Part shown: positions 1 to 10,964 of the stretch, in pieces | Layout of the letters: each line of letters begins with the position of its first letter | How positions within the stretch are numbered: position 1 is the first letter of the stretch | Assembly: GCA_046290225.1 (NCBI GenBank) | Contig: JBKAGE010000034.1 | Span: 128,001 to 192,000 of the forward strand | DNA: 64,000 nt | Origin: Bradymonadia bacterium | GTDB lineage: Bacteria; Myxococcota_A; Bradymonadia; UBA7976; UBA1532 | Reading direction: 5' to 3' | Position numbers and translations under genes: made by a program | Notes under the pieces: generated by a model | What the model was told of the DNA's origin: nothing | Database searches by the model: none | The model's input: the letters and a program-made list of their open reading frames with translations, nothing else

Positions 1-1
1 C

Positions 2-547
2 GTCGAGAACCTCGATCGCATCCAGTCGGAGCTTCAGCTGCTCCGCAGACGGCGGGACCAGAACCCGGCGCTGACCCAAGATGCCATCGCCAAGCGCATC
101 AACGCCTCAGAGGACGAGCGCACCGAGGCGAGCCGAGTGCTCTTCACCATGCGCTACCTGCAGGAGCATCCTCGGGGCAAGACCGCCCCCACGACCCCTG
201 ACAGGCCCGTGCCCCGCTCCATCGCGGATCCCGTAGGCGGCTCGAAGGTACAGAAGTCCTGGCGACGCGAGTGGCTCACCGAGCTGAAGTCGGAGCCTCT
301 CGAGAGCCCACCCCCCTCGGCGCGACGTCCGGATCGGCCCGCAGATCCGTTCCAGGTGGAAGCATCTCCCACTGTGGGGGCGAGAGAGCGAGGCAAGCAA
401 AGCCTCTTCGGCGCCCTGGAGGCCTGGCTGATGGATGCGTGGGAGAAAAAGGACCTGGGGCGCCTCGCAATCCCCCTCTCCATCATCTGTGCCCTCATCG
501 CTGGCACCTTCCTCTTCGTGCAACGACGCAAGCGGAGGCGCGCATGA
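2..547 (+). CDS. 5'-truncated hypothetical protein with C-terminal TM anchor and basic tail
   Basis: Frame is open from the window edge; ends LAIPLSIICALIAGTFLFV-QRRKRRRA; stop overlaps the next ATG (ATGA at 544-547). Confidence 0.7.
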   Translation, partial: VENLDRIQSELQLLRRRRDQNPALTQDAIAKRINASEDERTEASRVLFTMRYLQEHPRGKTAPTTPDRPVPRSIADPVGGSKVQKSWRREWLTELKSEPLESPPPSARRPDRPADPFQVEASPTVGARERGKQSLFGALEAWLMDAWEKKDLGRLAIPLSIICALIAGTFLFVQRRKRRRA

Positions 548-1956
548 AGCCTGCTCTACTGGCCTGTGTGGTCGCGCTGTCGATGCTCGGTGGCTGTGGC
601 GAAAAAGTCATCTCCCCCGAGGAGAGTGTGGGCTTCCGCCAACTGGTGGCAGCCCGTTCGGCGATGGACGCCCACAATTACGCCCTCGCCTACTCGCACT
701 ATGTACAAGCCCGGCGTATGGGCGCCGGTGTTCGCGAGTGTCGCCTCGGCATGATCCGGGCCCTCGTGGCCATGGGCGATCTCGCCGAAGCCGAGCGCCA
801 GAGCCAGTCTCTGGTGAAGGCATACAACGACGAAGCCGAAGCGATGGCCCTGGCGATTCAGGTCGAGCTTCTGGTGAACGATCTGGACACAGCGCATCAG
901 TTGCTGCTGAAGCTGGAGAAGCTGCGGCCCAAGGGCCAGATGACCATCCTGCTCAAGGCCGAGACCTACCTCACCGCGGGGTTCCTCTCCCGGGCCGAGC
1001 AGGCCATCGTCGAGGGCGAGAACCTGCACGGAGAGCTGGCAGACTGGGCGTTCCTCCGGGCGCGCCTCGACTTGCTTCGGCAGTACATCGACGCCGGCGA
1101 GGCGGGCTATGTACAGGCCACGGAGACATTCCGCTCACCCAAGAGCCTGGTGAAGCTGGCCTACTATCAGCACCTGATGGAGCGCACCCACAACGCCGAA
1201 GAAACCCTGCTCAAGGCCCAGGAGATCGCCGGTACGGATCCCACGGCCTATGCCGTACTCGCCGACTTCTACACCGCTCAAGGTCGCTACGACGAGTCGA
1301 TGGCCGAGCTGGGCGCCCTCCGTCAGACCCTGGGCATGCCCACCCCCGATCTCGCTCGCCGGGCAGCGTCGGTGCTCTTGCGCAAGGGCCAGCAAGCCGA
1401 AGCGCAGAGCATCCTGCGACCGGTGCTCAACGCTCAGCCCAATGACGGCCTCGTGGCCCGTGAGCTGGCCATGAGCTACCTGCTCGACGGCCGGGCCAAG
1501 GAGGCGGGCAAGGTGCTCCTCGACGTGGTGGTGGAGAAACTCGATGGGGCCAACGCCCAGTTTCTGCTGGGCCTCGTAGAGCTTCAATCCGAGAACCCGC
1601 TCGCCGCGAAGAAGTCCTTCAGTGCCTTGCTGGTCTCTCAACCTGGCAGCCTAGTGGCCCGCTACGGCCTCGGGTTGGTGGGGCTTCACAGCCGCCGCTG
1701 GTACGATGCCTCATTCGAAGCGAGGAAGGTCCTCGACATCAGCCCCAACGACTACATCGCCGGACTCATCCTCGGCGCCGCTCGCCGCGGTGAGAACAAG
1801 ATGGAGGCGGTGTGGGTGATCAAGCGTTGGTTGCTCAAGCGCCACCCCGACCGCAAAGCCGAGATCGAACACCTGTTTCAGCTGCCACCCGAGCTGAAGG
1901 CCGATCCGGAGAACCCCCCTCGCCTGCCGAAGCACATCCTCAACGACGGCTTGTGA
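544..1956 (+). CDS. TPR-repeat lipoprotein
   Basis: Signal MKPALLACVVALSMLGG-C; multiple TPR-like helical repeats (AQFLLGLVELQ, ARYGLGLVGL); ATGA coupling with the upstream gene. Confidence 0.8.
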   Translation: MKPALLACVVALSMLGGCGEKVISPEESVGFRQLVAARSAMDAHNYALAYSHYVQARRMGAGVRECRLGMIRALVAMGDLAEAERQSQSLVKAYNDEAEAMALAIQVELLVNDLDTAHQLLLKLEKLRPKGQMTILLKAETYLTAGFLSRAEQAIVEGENLHGELADWAFLRARLDLLRQYIDAGEAGYVQATETFRSPKSLVKLAYYQHLMERTHNAEETLLKAQEIAGTDPTAYAVLADFYTAQGRYDESMAELGALRQTLGMPTPDLARRAASVLLRKGQQAEAQSILRPVLNAQPNDGLVARELAMSYLLDGRAKEAGKVLLDVVVEKLDGANAQFLLGLVELQSENPLAAKKSFSALLVSQPGSLVARYGLGLVGLHSRRWYDASFEARKVLDISPNDYIAGLILGAARRGENKMEAVWVIKRWLLKRHPDRKAEIEHLFQLPPELKADPENPPRLPKHILNDGL

Positions 1957-4243
1957 TCTCGCCCAGAAGGGCACCCTCCAAAACCAGCCACTGCTCGATG
2001 AGCCGCCCTGCCCTGGGGAACACTGGTCCGACAGAGATGCCCTCGATGTCTGGCGTGAGATCCTGGAGTTCACCCACATCGATGGCGCTCGTGCCCACGG
2101 GCAGGGCGAGACCTCCGGCGAGGGCATCAGCCACCGCAGGCCAGATCGCCGTGGCCACGAGCTCCGCCACCACATCTTCGGGGTACGCCGCGAGCGGTTG
2201 CGGACCGCCGAGGTACTGCGCCACCACGTCCGGACGATCCGCGAGCGCCAGGGTGAGCCCCTCACCCTCAGGGCGAAGATCCAGGCCTGCGCGGATGCTC
2301 AGCGTATAGCGATCCGGCTCTGGAGCACCGGGCCGCACCACGTTGATGTCGAGGGCACCAATCTGGGCTTCAAGGGCGGTCTCAGCCCAGGGATCAGCAG
2401 GGACCACCAGCGGCGGCAGGCGCCCGTCGAGAGTGACCTCGTCAACCAGGCCCTGAGCAGCCTCGGGCAACGCCGGCTCGAGGGTGAGCAGGCCCCCCCG
2501 CCACACCTCGTGCAAAATGGCGTTCACCAAATCGAGGTGTACGCCGAGGGTGAGCGGACCTCCAGCAGCCTCGGGGATGCCTCGGGCAGGACCGTCTGGT
2601 GCAGTCAGAGTAGGTAGACCCGGGCTTTGATGCGGAGGCACGGGGGCGCCATTCTCGTGGGTAATCTCACCGCTGAACGTCAGGCCCATGGTGGCCTGCC
2701 TGCGCAGTGTCAATGTGTCAGGATCGAGCGCCAGACGCATACGCACCGGCGGCACCCCTTCCACCCCGGTATCGAGGTTCAGAGGGAGATCCCCAAGAGC
2801 GTCGGTGAGGCTGAGCAGGGCGACTTCCACCAGGGCAGGCAGCTGCTCCACGAGGACCCCACGGAGCACATCGTCCACAGCGCCCTCCACGACACCGCGG
2901 AATTGACTGCCGAAGGTGTCGAGCACTGCCTGGGCTCTCGGATCGCCCAAATCGCCATCGAGGCTCTCCAGGGCCACTGAGGCCTCGTCTACTTCGACAA
3001 CCAGGTTGCCTTCCACCTCGTTGATCTCCACCGTAGCGAAGCCCGCCAGCGCTGCCGTTAGAGTGCCGTCGAGGACGATTGGGGTGCCCTCGAGGGCCAG
3101 CTCGCCTTCGATCTCAAGACTCAGTCGGGGCAACCGCAGGAAGATCTCGAGGCCCGAGGTGGACCACGCCATCGACAGCTCCACGGGGCCGATGTCAGCC
3201 TCCGAGAGCTCGATGGCCAGCCCTTCGTCCAAGCCCAGGGGGCCCAACAGCTCGCCGGGATCGATGGCTTCGACGATCAGCTCGATGAGACTGGTCAGAT
3301 CTTCGGTGGGCTGCACCCCGTCGACCTCAGGGGGCCTCGGGGCGCCACTGGACAAGATGCCCTGTTCGAGGTTGAGCCACATCACCGTGTCCAACGCCAG
3401 CGGCGCCTCGCCGATCTCGAGGTAATGAGGCGCCCACAGCGCCTCGCGCACCACCTGGACCGGGGGCTGTCGAACACCATCATCTGCGGTGACCACCACC
3501 CGGTTGAGGCCAAACTGTGCCGGCAAGTCGATCCCGAAGGATCCATCCTCTGCCACTTCGACCCTGAGGCCGTTCACCAGCACCGAGACCGAGCCCCCAG
3601 CGTCCAGGGCCACCCCACGTACGGGGATCGTCTCCGTGAGATCACCGCCGAGCACCACCCCGTCTGCAGGGCTCTCCACCGTGAGCGTGGGGGCACCGGC
3701 GTCCACATAGAACGCCGCTTGCTCACACACCGGTGTCTCTGCGGGGCCAGAGGGCACACATCCAAGGAGGGCACCCGGGCCTTCCTGAGAAAAGGTCACG
3801 CGGCCGTCGGCGTCTACCGTGGCCATCTCCGGGGGCACCACCTCCCAGCTCACTGGGAGACCCTCCACGGGCTCTCCGATGCGATCGAAGGCTTCGAGAC
3901 GGCCCTCTATCTCCTGGCCAGGCCGGTAGAGCAGCTGCCGAGGGCTCAGCTCCACTTGAACCCAGGCCACCACAGGCGCCTCGGGCTCCGCATCGGGTGC
4001 AGGCGGCTCAGCGTCGGGCATGCGCAGCTCGGCGTCCGGGCTGAGGTCCATGTCCGGCGCCTCAGCGTCGACCCCGGCATCGGGGGGCGGGAGAAGCGTG
4101 CGCATATCGGGCAGGTCTGCATCCGACGCGGAATGCGTCCCCGAGGCAGTGTTGTCGTCGCAGGCGCTCAGGCCCGCCAACCCATACAGGGCAAGGGTGA
4201 TGGCAAAGGGCGACATCATGGACATCTTCACAGCGTGCTTCAT
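1940..4243 (-). CDS. Lipoprotein with Ig-like domains and C-terminal BPI/LBP (TULIP)-like region
   Basis: Lipobox LSAC-DD, acidic PDA linker, Big-like segment (VSWEVVPPEMATVDADGRVTF), LVNAILHEVWRGGLL motif; paralog of 4240-7110; ATGA coupling at 4240-4243. Confidence 0.65.
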   Translation of the reverse strand: MKHAVKMSMMSPFAITLALYGLAGLSACDDNTASGTHSASDADLPDMRTLLPPPDAGVDAEAPDMDLSPDAELRMPDAEPPAPDAEPEAPVVAWVQVELSPRQLLYRPGQEIEGRLEAFDRIGEPVEGLPVSWEVVPPEMATVDADGRVTFSQEGPGALLGCVPSGPAETPVCEQAAFYVDAGAPTLTVESPADGVVLGGDLTETIPVRGVALDAGGSVSVLVNGLRVEVAEDGSFGIDLPAQFGLNRVVVTADDGVRQPPVQVVREALWAPHYLEIGEAPLALDTVMWLNLEQGILSSGAPRPPEVDGVQPTEDLTSLIELIVEAIDPGELLGPLGLDEGLAIELSEADIGPVELSMAWSTSGLEIFLRLPRLSLEIEGELALEGTPIVLDGTLTAALAGFATVEINEVEGNLVVEVDEASVALESLDGDLGDPRAQAVLDTFGSQFRGVVEGAVDDVLRGVLVEQLPALVEVALLSLTDALGDLPLNLDTGVEGVPPVRMRLALDPDTLTLRRQATMGLTFSGEITHENGAPVPPHQSPGLPTLTAPDGPARGIPEAAGGPLTLGVHLDLVNAILHEVWRGGLLTLEPALPEAAQGLVDEVTLDGRLPPLVVPADPWAETALEAQIGALDINVVRPGAPEPDRYTLSIRAGLDLRPEGEGLTLALADRPDVVAQYLGGPQPLAAYPEDVVAELVATAIWPAVADALAGGLALPVGTSAIDVGELQDLTPDIEGISVGPVFPRAGRLIEQWLVLEGALLGEITSRR

Positions 4244-7110
4244 CGCGCCAGACCCCCTTCCAGCAGCCAGCAACCCTCGTGATGACGCAAGCGCAAGTCA
4301 TCGAGCCCGAGGCGGGTGCCCGGTGGGATGCCAAAGTCCGCGAGATCGTCTGGCAGCGCGAAGTCGGGGATCGGCAGGCTCGGCAGCGCCTCAGCAAGGC
4401 CCTGGAGCACCAGAGACTCCACCAGCTCGAGCAGCACCGACTCCAATGCCGGTCGGGCCTGAGCGGTCACCACCACGCCAGGGAAGTCCAGGGCGAAGTC
4501 GGAGATCGTCACCCCATCGCCCGCGCCGAGGGTGAGCGTCGCCACGCCATCCTCATCTGCGAGGGCCACGGGCACGTCGAGGATGGCCGACACCGAGAAT
4601 CGGATCGGTTCATCGAAGAGCCCTGCATACCCCAACTCGCCCTCCAGAGGGCCGAGATGGACCCGCAGATCGGGCCTCAGGCTCACAGGCAGCTCCGCAG
4701 CAGGGGGCACCCGCAGTCGGAACGAGGCGGAGACCCCCTCCCCGAGGGCGCCAGCATCTTCGAGGCGGAACAGACCTGCCCGCCAGACGCGGTGCAGCAT
4801 CTGGTTCAGGAAGGCCACCCGGATCAGTGCCGAGGCTGTCCTCGGCTGCGCTGGGGGCGACGAGTCGACAGGCAGGCAGTTCGCGGACTCAGGCGGCATG
4901 GGCACGCCGAGAGAGCGCCCGCCTTCGCCAATCCGCCCTGCAGTCTGTGTGAGCACGCCCAGGGCGAGGCCGTCGGGATCGGCGGTTACAGAGGACAGCT
5001 GAACCGAGACGGTGATGGGCACAGGGGCCCCGCCGTTCGGATCCGGAATGGGGAAGGCCGCAGACAAGGCCGCGATGTCGAAGCCCGCGAGCACATCGGT
5101 GAGCAGGGCGTCGAGCTCGAGCTCCAAGAAGTCTCGCAGCGCCGAGGTGAGCTCGTTGCGCACCAGAGACTCGAAGGCGTCGAAGATGAGATTGAGGAGG
5201 GTGCCGGTGATGACGCCCTCGAAATCGGCGTCGAGGTTGCCGATGCGCAACCGCTCCACGTCTCGCAGCGTGATCTGTGGCTGGCCACGCACCACATCCA
5301 CATCGAAGGTGAGGAACACCTCGATGAAGCTGGCGGAGATGGTGCCCCGGTTGCCGAGCGTGCCCAACAGCCTCGCGTCGAGGACGACGTCATCGAGCCT
5401 CAGGGTGGCCCTCAGCCCACCGTCGATGGGTGAGAGAGACGTCGTGCGGGCACCATTGATATCGAGCCCCCGATATTCGGCGCCGATGCTGAAGATGCAC
5501 CGACCGAGGATCCGCGTCTGACAGGTGTTGGGCACGATGGGGTTTTGAGCGCGCAGACTCTCGTCGAGGGTTTGAATCAACCCTTCCGACTCCACCAGTG
5601 CCCGGAGCAGATCGCCGATGCTCCCGAGGGGGTTTGCCGGCGGGCCGTCGTCGATGGCCTCTCGCGCCAGCGTCAGGCGAATGCTGTCTTGGACGGGATC
5701 GCGCTCGAACTGATAGGTCGGCGACGCAAAGTACGTGCACCAGATCGAGTTGTCCTGACCGCCAGCATCCTCGGCCACCACCTGGTGAAGGTTCAGGCCC
5801 CAGGCAGGGACGCCCACGTCGACGGAGAAGCGGCCATCGGCGGCGACAGGCACAACAGCGCCGTCCACGGTCAGGCGCTCCACCCCCACCACATCATCCA
5901 CTCGGCCCTCGAGTCGCACCGTCTCCCCAGGACGTACGGCGATCTGCCCACCGGGCTCCGGACCATCACAGGAGATCGCCGGGCCGCCAGCGTCCACCAC
6001 CAGATCGAGCCACGCCTCGAGCATCCGGTTCCCGTCGGTGGGGCCTTGAACAGTCACGCCGACGCGGTACAAGCCTTCAGCCTGAGGGCGGAACCTGCCC
6101 TCTCCAAAACCAGCGATAGGCGGCTCGGCGCCCCAGGTCAGGGGCGCATCCGGCACGATGTTGCCGTAGCGATCAGTGATGAGGGTGACCAGCTCCACCA
6201 CCTGCCCAATGGCGTAGACCGCTCTCTCAGGGGCCAGGGAGGCCAGCAACTGCGCCGGCGGCCCCGGCAGCACCTCAATCTCGGCCACCACATCTGCAGA
6301 GGCGTCCTTGTACGCGCAGGCCACGGTGTATCGACCCGCCACAGTGAGGTTCAACTCGATGGGGCCACCGTTCTCGGGATCGGGATACACAATCTCGTTC
6401 CCCGGATCATCCGGGCTCACCACCAGCACCGCCTCCGGCACCGGCACCGGGTTCCCCGCGGCGTCGAGGGCCTCGCAGGTCACCGTCACTGTCTCACCTG
6501 CCGTGGTGACCTCCGAGTCGGCGACGGCCCGCAGCCGCGCAGGTGCGCCGGGCAACACATCCCACCGCGCCGGGGTCTGGTCCCGCAGGCCGAGCTGCGG
6601 CGCCAGACAGGTCACCTGATACACCCCAGCCTGTGCCCCGATGAGCTCGTTGGGCACCACGCCATCTTCACCGGCAGGGGGCCTGGACCACCCCTCTGGC
6701 GGTCGGACCTCGAAGCGGGTGATGACGTCGCCGATGGGGAAACCCTCCTCGTCGAGGGCCTCACAGGTGACGCGGTTGCCGCGGCCAGCGGCCGTACTCG
6801 GCGTGCCCAGCCGGGTCTGAATCGACCGAACCACAGGCGGAGGCACAGCAGCATCGATGAGGGGTGCCATGTCCAGCACCTCGCCGTCGGGCTCCCCTGG
6901 CTCGGCGTCGGGCACCACGGCATCGGGGAACTCGATCACCTCGCCGTCGGGCAGATCGACGTCGGGCAGCGTGCGGGCATCTCGGGTGTCGAGGGCGGCG
7001 TCGCCCTCGGTCTCGATGGGGTCGATGTCCGTGTTGTCGAGATCGTTGCAGGCCACCCCGCCGCCGGCGAGGGAGAGGGCCAGGACCAGCAAGTAGATGG
7101 GTTGTTTCAC
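4240..7110 (-). CDS. Lipoprotein with Ig-like repeats and C-terminal BPI/LBP (TULIP)-like region
   Basis: Lipobox GVAC-ND, PDA linker, repeated VTCEALD..GNP Ig-like units, FLNQMLHRVWRAGLF motif. Confidence 0.65.
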   Translation of the reverse strand: MKQPIYLLVLALSLAGGGVACNDLDNTDIDPIETEGDAALDTRDARTLPDVDLPDGEVIEFPDAVVPDAEPGEPDGEVLDMAPLIDAAVPPPVVRSIQTRLGTPSTAAGRGNRVTCEALDEEGFPIGDVITRFEVRPPEGWSRPPAGEDGVVPNELIGAQAGVYQVTCLAPQLGLRDQTPARWDVLPGAPARLRAVADSEVTTAGETVTVTCEALDAAGNPVPVPEAVLVVSPDDPGNEIVYPDPENGGPIELNLTVAGRYTVACAYKDASADVVAEIEVLPGPPAQLLASLAPERAVYAIGQVVELVTLITDRYGNIVPDAPLTWGAEPPIAGFGEGRFRPQAEGLYRVGVTVQGPTDGNRMLEAWLDLVVDAGGPAISCDGPEPGGQIAVRPGETVRLEGRVDDVVGVERLTVDGAVVPVAADGRFSVDVGVPAWGLNLHQVVAEDAGGQDNSIWCTYFASPTYQFERDPVQDSIRLTLAREAIDDGPPANPLGSIGDLLRALVESEGLIQTLDESLRAQNPIVPNTCQTRILGRCIFSIGAEYRGLDINGARTTSLSPIDGGLRATLRLDDVVLDARLLGTLGNRGTISASFIEVFLTFDVDVVRGQPQITLRDVERLRIGNLDADFEGVITGTLLNLIFDAFESLVRNELTSALRDFLELELDALLTDVLAGFDIAALSAAFPIPDPNGGAPVPITVSVQLSSVTADPDGLALGVLTQTAGRIGEGGRSLGVPMPPESANCLPVDSSPPAQPRTASALIRVAFLNQMLHRVWRAGLFRLEDAGALGEGVSASFRLRVPPAAELPVSLRPDLRVHLGPLEGELGYAGLFDEPIRFSVSAILDVPVALADEDGVATLTLGAGDGVTISDFALDFPGVVVTAQARPALESVLLELVESLVLQGLAEALPSLPIPDFALPDDLADFGIPPGTRLGLDDLRLRHHEGCWLLEGGLAR

Positions 7111-7224
7111 AGGTGCTCACTCGGATTCGTCAAATCAGCAGGATGATAACGCGAGGTCCCAGTCTGGATCTGCTACAGTGCGCCGACTTCATTGGGGCCT
7201 GTCCCCTTACGCGGAGAAAACGCC

Positions 7225-7836
7225 ATGTCCGATCAGAACTCCAACACCGAGACCCAAATCGAAGACGTGCTCCAGGAGGAGCGCATTCTCAAGCTCGTCG
7301 ACGCCGACGTCGGGCTCGACCTCGACACGCAGGTCGTCGTCGAGGTGGAGTTCGAGGATCGCACTTTTGCCATCCTCACCCCAGCCACGCCCGAGGTCAT
7401 TCTCTTCAAGGAGATCTCCGAGGGCGCCCTCGAAGAGCTCGACCGCGAGGCGGTCCTCGCCATGCGCAAGGACATCGACTACGCCCTGGGCAACTTCAAC
7501 CTGAAGATCAGCCCCCAGGGTGAATTCTTCTACCTGAGCGGAGAGCCCGGTGAAGAGGCCTTCTCCGAAGCCGAGGTCATCGAGATCCCTGGCGACGATG
7601 AGGACGAGGCTGAGCACCTGATCGTGCTGGTGGAGCTCGACACCGGGAAGGACAAGTTCCTGCTCACCACCTCGATGAACCCCGACATGTACATCGCCGA
7701 GATCGCCGACGACGCCGCTCGACTGGTCAAGGACGAGGCTGAGCTGGAGCGTCTCGAGAAGCTGCTCGAGCCCATCATCGAGCAGCTCGACGCGGGCATC
7801 GCCGAGCTTGAGGCCGAGATCGAAGGCGAGGTCTGA
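7225..7836 (+). CDS. Very acidic cytoplasmic protein (DUF1292/DUF3727-like)
   Basis: GGAG RBS before ATG 7225; Glu/Asp-rich with two similar halves (VEFEDRTFAILTP / VELDTGKDKFLLT); 3 nt upstream of the thiolase; family call tentative. Confidence 0.55.
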   Translation: MSDQNSNTETQIEDVLQEERILKLVDADVGLDLDTQVVVEVEFEDRTFAILTPATPEVILFKEISEGALEELDREAVLAMRKDIDYALGNFNLKISPQGEFFYLSGEPGEEAFSEAEVIEIPGDDEDEAEHLIVLVELDTGKDKFLLTTSMNPDMYIAEIADDAARLVKDEAELERLEKLLEPIIEQLDAGIAELEAEIEGEV

Positions 7837-7839
7837 GCC

Positions 7840-9042
7840 ATGCAAGAGGTGGTGATCATCTCTGCGGTGCGCACCCCCATCGGGCGCATCCGTGGGGCCC
7901 TCTCTCCGATCCGCCCGGACGACATGGCCGGTCTGGTCATCGCCGAAGCGGTGAAGCGCGCCGGTGTCGACACCGCTGAGATCGACGAGGTCTACTTCGG
8001 CTGCGCCAATCAGGCCGGTGAAGACAACCGGAACGTGGCCCGCATGGGCTTGCTGCTCGGCGGGTTGCCCCAGTCGGTGCCCGGGGTCACGGTGAACCGC
8101 CTGTGCGCCAGCGGGCTCACCGCGGTGAACCTCGCCGCCCGCATGATCCAATGTGGTGATGCCGACGTCGTCGTCGCGGGCGGGGTGGAGTCCATGAGCC
8201 GTGCGCCGTGGTCCATGCCCAAGCCTGGGGGGCCCTTCCCCAGCGGCAACGTCACGGTCTTCGACACCGCTTTGGGCTGGCGCTACCCCAACCCTGCCCT
8301 CGAAGCCCTGTTCCCACTGGAGGGCATGGGCCAGACGGCAGAGAACCTCGTCGAGCAGTACAGCATCAGCCGCGAGGCTCAGGATGCCTTCGCCCTGGCC
8401 AGCCACCAGAAAGCTGCGGCGGCATGGGACAAGGGCGCCTTCGATGACGAGATCCTGCCGGTGAGCGTACCCCGCCGAAAGCAGGATCCCCTGCTCGTCT
8501 CTCGGGATGAAGGGCCGCGGCCCGACACTTCCCTCGAGAAGCTCGCCAAACTTCGGGCGGTGTTCCGAAAGGGCGGCAGCGTCACCGCAGGGAACTCGAG
8601 CACCCTCAATGATGGTGCATGTGCCCTGGTGCTCACCACGCGCGCCAGGGCCGAAGCGCTCGGGGCCGAGGTGCTCGCCGTCTACCACGGCAGCGCCAGC
8701 GCCGGGGTCAACCCCCGCATCATGGGCATCGGCCCTGTGCCAGCCTCTCAAAAGGCCCTTGCCCGCGTGGGCTGGACCGCAGATCAGATCGATCTGGCCG
8801 AGCTGAACGAGGCCTTCGCTGCCCAGTCACTCGCCGTGCTGAACGAGCTGCCCATCCCTCAAGATCGCGTGAACGTGAACGGGGGCGCCATCGCCCTGGG
8901 CCACCCCCTCGGGTGCAGCGGCGCACGCATCCTCACCACCCTCATCTACGCCCTCCGGGCCCGTGGTGGTGGTCGTGGCCTCGCCACTCTGTGTGTCGGC
9001 GTCGGTCAGGGCGTCGCCACATTGGTGGAAGTGCCCGGCTGA
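7840..9042 (+). CDS. Acetyl-CoA C-acyltransferase (thiolase, PcaF/PaaJ-like)
   Basis: TVNRLCASGL (catalytic Cys), [24 protein letters not shown] motifs. Confidence 0.95.
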   Translation: MQEVVIISAVRTPIGRIRGALSPIRPDDMAGLVIAEAVKRAGVDTAEIDEVYFGCANQAGEDNRNVARMGLLLGGLPQSVPGVTVNRLCASGLTAVNLAARMIQCGDADVVVAGGVESMSRAPWSMPKPGGPFPSGNVTVFDTALGWRYPNPALEALFPLEGMGQTAENLVEQYSISREAQDAFALASHQKAAAAWDKGAFDDEILPVSVPRRKQDPLLVSRDEGPRPDTSLEKLAKLRAVFRKGGSVTAGNSSTLNDGACALVLTTRARAEALGAEVLAVYHGSASAGVNPRIMGIGPVPASQKALARVGWTADQIDLAELNEAFAAQSLAVLNELPIPQDRVNVNGGAIALGHPLGCSGARILTTLIYALRARGGGRGLATLCVGVGQGVATLVEVPG

Positions 9043-10964
9043 GTAAACTGCCGAGGATCTGCCCCCCCAGGGTAGTGCGTGGGCGCCGAAGGCTGCTGCA
9101 CCTCGGTGGCCTTTTGCCTCAACTCTTCGAGCTTCTGCAGGTCGGTGAGACGCCGCCCTGCCTCACAGGCCTGCTCCAGGCCCAGCTCGCAGCCCTTTTG
9201 ATACTGTGAGGCGGCCTGGGTCAGATCTCTGGGTACCCCATCGCCCTTGCTGAGCATGAGCCCGTGATTGGCACAGCCGGCGCCCATCCCCAACACACAC
9301 GCCTTGCCCATGTAGCGGGCCACCGCGGCGCGATCCCCTGACTGCTCGACCCGCAACCCCTGGCGAAAGCAGCCCAGGGCGCTCCCTCCACCACAGGTCA
9401 CGTCATGGTCGATGCTCACCTGCATCGAAGGGCCCACCTGCTCCAGATTCTCACAGGACTCGGCGCCTCCCTCGGTGCCACAGGCCAGCTGCCAGAGTTT
9501 AATCGCCAGGGGGCGATCGAGGGGGATGCCCTCCCCCTGCCACGCCATGGTGGCGAGGTTGCCACAGCCCACAGCATCACCCGCATCACAAGCGCGCTGA
9601 TAGAGCCTCGCCGCCACGGCTTGATCTCGGGCAACACGCTGCCCGGTGTCGTACATCACCGCGAGGTTGTGACACGCGGTCACATCACCCTGCACACATC
9701 GACCCTCGTGCACCTGCGTCATCGACGCACACGCCCGATGACGGCCGCGATCACATGCTTCCACCCAATACTCGGTGCTGGCACCCTCGTGACTTGCCAG
9801 CCCAGGACGCATCAAGATGAAGACGCCACACCACAGCGCCACGTGAATGACGTTGCGTTGTGCGGGCTGAAGGGCCTTGAGAGGAGACCATCTGGGTGAC
9901 GCCGTGAGACGCTCAATCCACCGCACGGAGAGGTTGAGCAGAGGCACCGCGAGGATCTTGTCATAGTAGGTTGGCTGGCCCCAGAGGGTGAGCACCACGA
10001 AGAGCCCTGCCGTCGAAGCCCCATAGAGCCCACCATACACCACCTTGCCCAGAGCAGTTCGAGGGGCGGTGACCGGATCGGTGATCAGCAACAACATGCC
10101 CAGGAACACCGCCCCTGGGATGTCGGTGGTCACGAAGAGGGGCACCTCGTAGATGGCTGTATAGACCGCCCCTGCGGCGAGGGCACCGAGGGCCGCGGCG
10201 AAGGTCATCAGCACGACGGGGAACACCGTCTGCACGATGAGACCGGCGCCGAAGATGGCCAGATAAATGTAGGGGGTCTCGTCCTGAGATGCGGCGATGG
10301 CTTCACCGACCGCGTAGCCCTCGTGGCCCAGCCCCACCAGCACCAGGCACATGATTGTCAGCCCCACAGCGGAGGGGTTGAACACGTGTACCCGCGTACT
10401 CTCCTCATCGTGCCCTCGCTGCCACTTCACCCCTTCTCTGAAGATCCAGATGAGGGCGATGAGGGCGATTTGAAGGGCGAACCACTCAGGCGTGAACCAC
10501 AGAAAGAAGTTCACGCTCCCGAGGATGGGGAACACCCCAAGGCTCATGCGCCACGAACCATACCGGCTCCAGCCCACGAGGATCTCGAGCAGGTATGCAA
10601 AGATCACCTGAACCGCCAGCAGCGGCAGGTGGTCCACCACTGGGGACCAGTGAGCGGCCCAGAGGCAGTACACGACGCCCTGAGCCAGCATTTGCAAGTA
10701 ATGAGAAGGTTTGAGGTAGGGCACCACCGACAAAGCCGAGCGGCGTCGCCAGAGCAGCGACAACCACATGCCTCCCAAGGCGGCCACAGACCAGAGCGTG
10801 CAGCGTGAGGCGGTGTGCTCGCGCAGCGAGGGCAGTAGAGGGCTGAGGGCCAGCAGCGCCACACAGAGGGCGCCCGCAACGAAGCCCCAACGGGGATGGA
10901 TCTTCGAGTCTGCCCTGCCCTCTACGCTCGACGAGGCAGGGAGCGTGAGCAGAGGGCCACTCAC
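9006..10964 (-). CDS. RnfD/NqrB(UnbU)-like polytopic membrane protein fused to Cys-rich Sel1-like repeats
   Basis: About 11 hydrophobic segments with HVFNPSA and [19 protein letters not shown] motifs; C-terminal [25 protein letters not shown] repeats; GTG start overlaps the bfr stop (GTGA). Confidence 0.7.
   Translation of the reverse strand: MSGPLLTLPASSSVEGRADSKIHPRWGFVAGALCVALLALSPLLPSLREHTASRCTLWSVAALGGMWLSLLWRRRSALSVVPYLKPSHYLQMLAQGVVYCLWAAHWSPVVDHLPLLAVQVIFAYLLEILVGWSRYGSWRMSLGVFPILGSVNFFLWFTPEWFALQIALIALIWIFREGVKWQRGHDEESTRVHVFNPSAVGLTIMCLVLVGLGHEGYAVGEAIAASQDETPYIYLAIFGAGLIVQTVFPVVLMTFAAALGALAAGAVYTAIYEVPLFVTTDIPGAVFLGMLLLITDPVTAPRTALGKVVYGGLYGASTAGLFVVLTLWGQPTYYDKILAVPLLNLSVRWIERLTASPRWSPLKALQPAQRNVIHVALWCGVFILMRPGLASHEGASTEYWVEACDRGRHRACASMTQVHEGRCVQGDVTACHNLAVMYDTGQRVARDQAVAARLYQRACDAGDAVGCGNLATMAWQGEGIPLDRPLAIKLWQLACGTEGGAESCENLEQVGPSMQVSIDHDVTCGGGSALGCFRQGLRVEQSGDRAAVARYMGKACVLGMGAGCANHGLMLSKGDGVPRDLTQAASQYQKGCELGLEQACEAGRRLTDLQKLEELRQKATEVQQPSAPTHYPGGADPRQFTQPGTSTNVATP

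Noticed and set aside
5545..8751. Long opposite-strand ORFs (e.g. 5545-7146 +, 7207-8751 -; similarly 20766-22325 -, 22647-24596 +, 40992-42485 -)
   Set aside because: They overlap well-supported genes on the other strand and are typical high-GC shadow frames without motifs
9006..10964. Part of a complete Rnf/Nqr respiratory complex
   Set aside because: No other subunits nearby, no flavinylation motif seen, and it carries a Sel1 fusion
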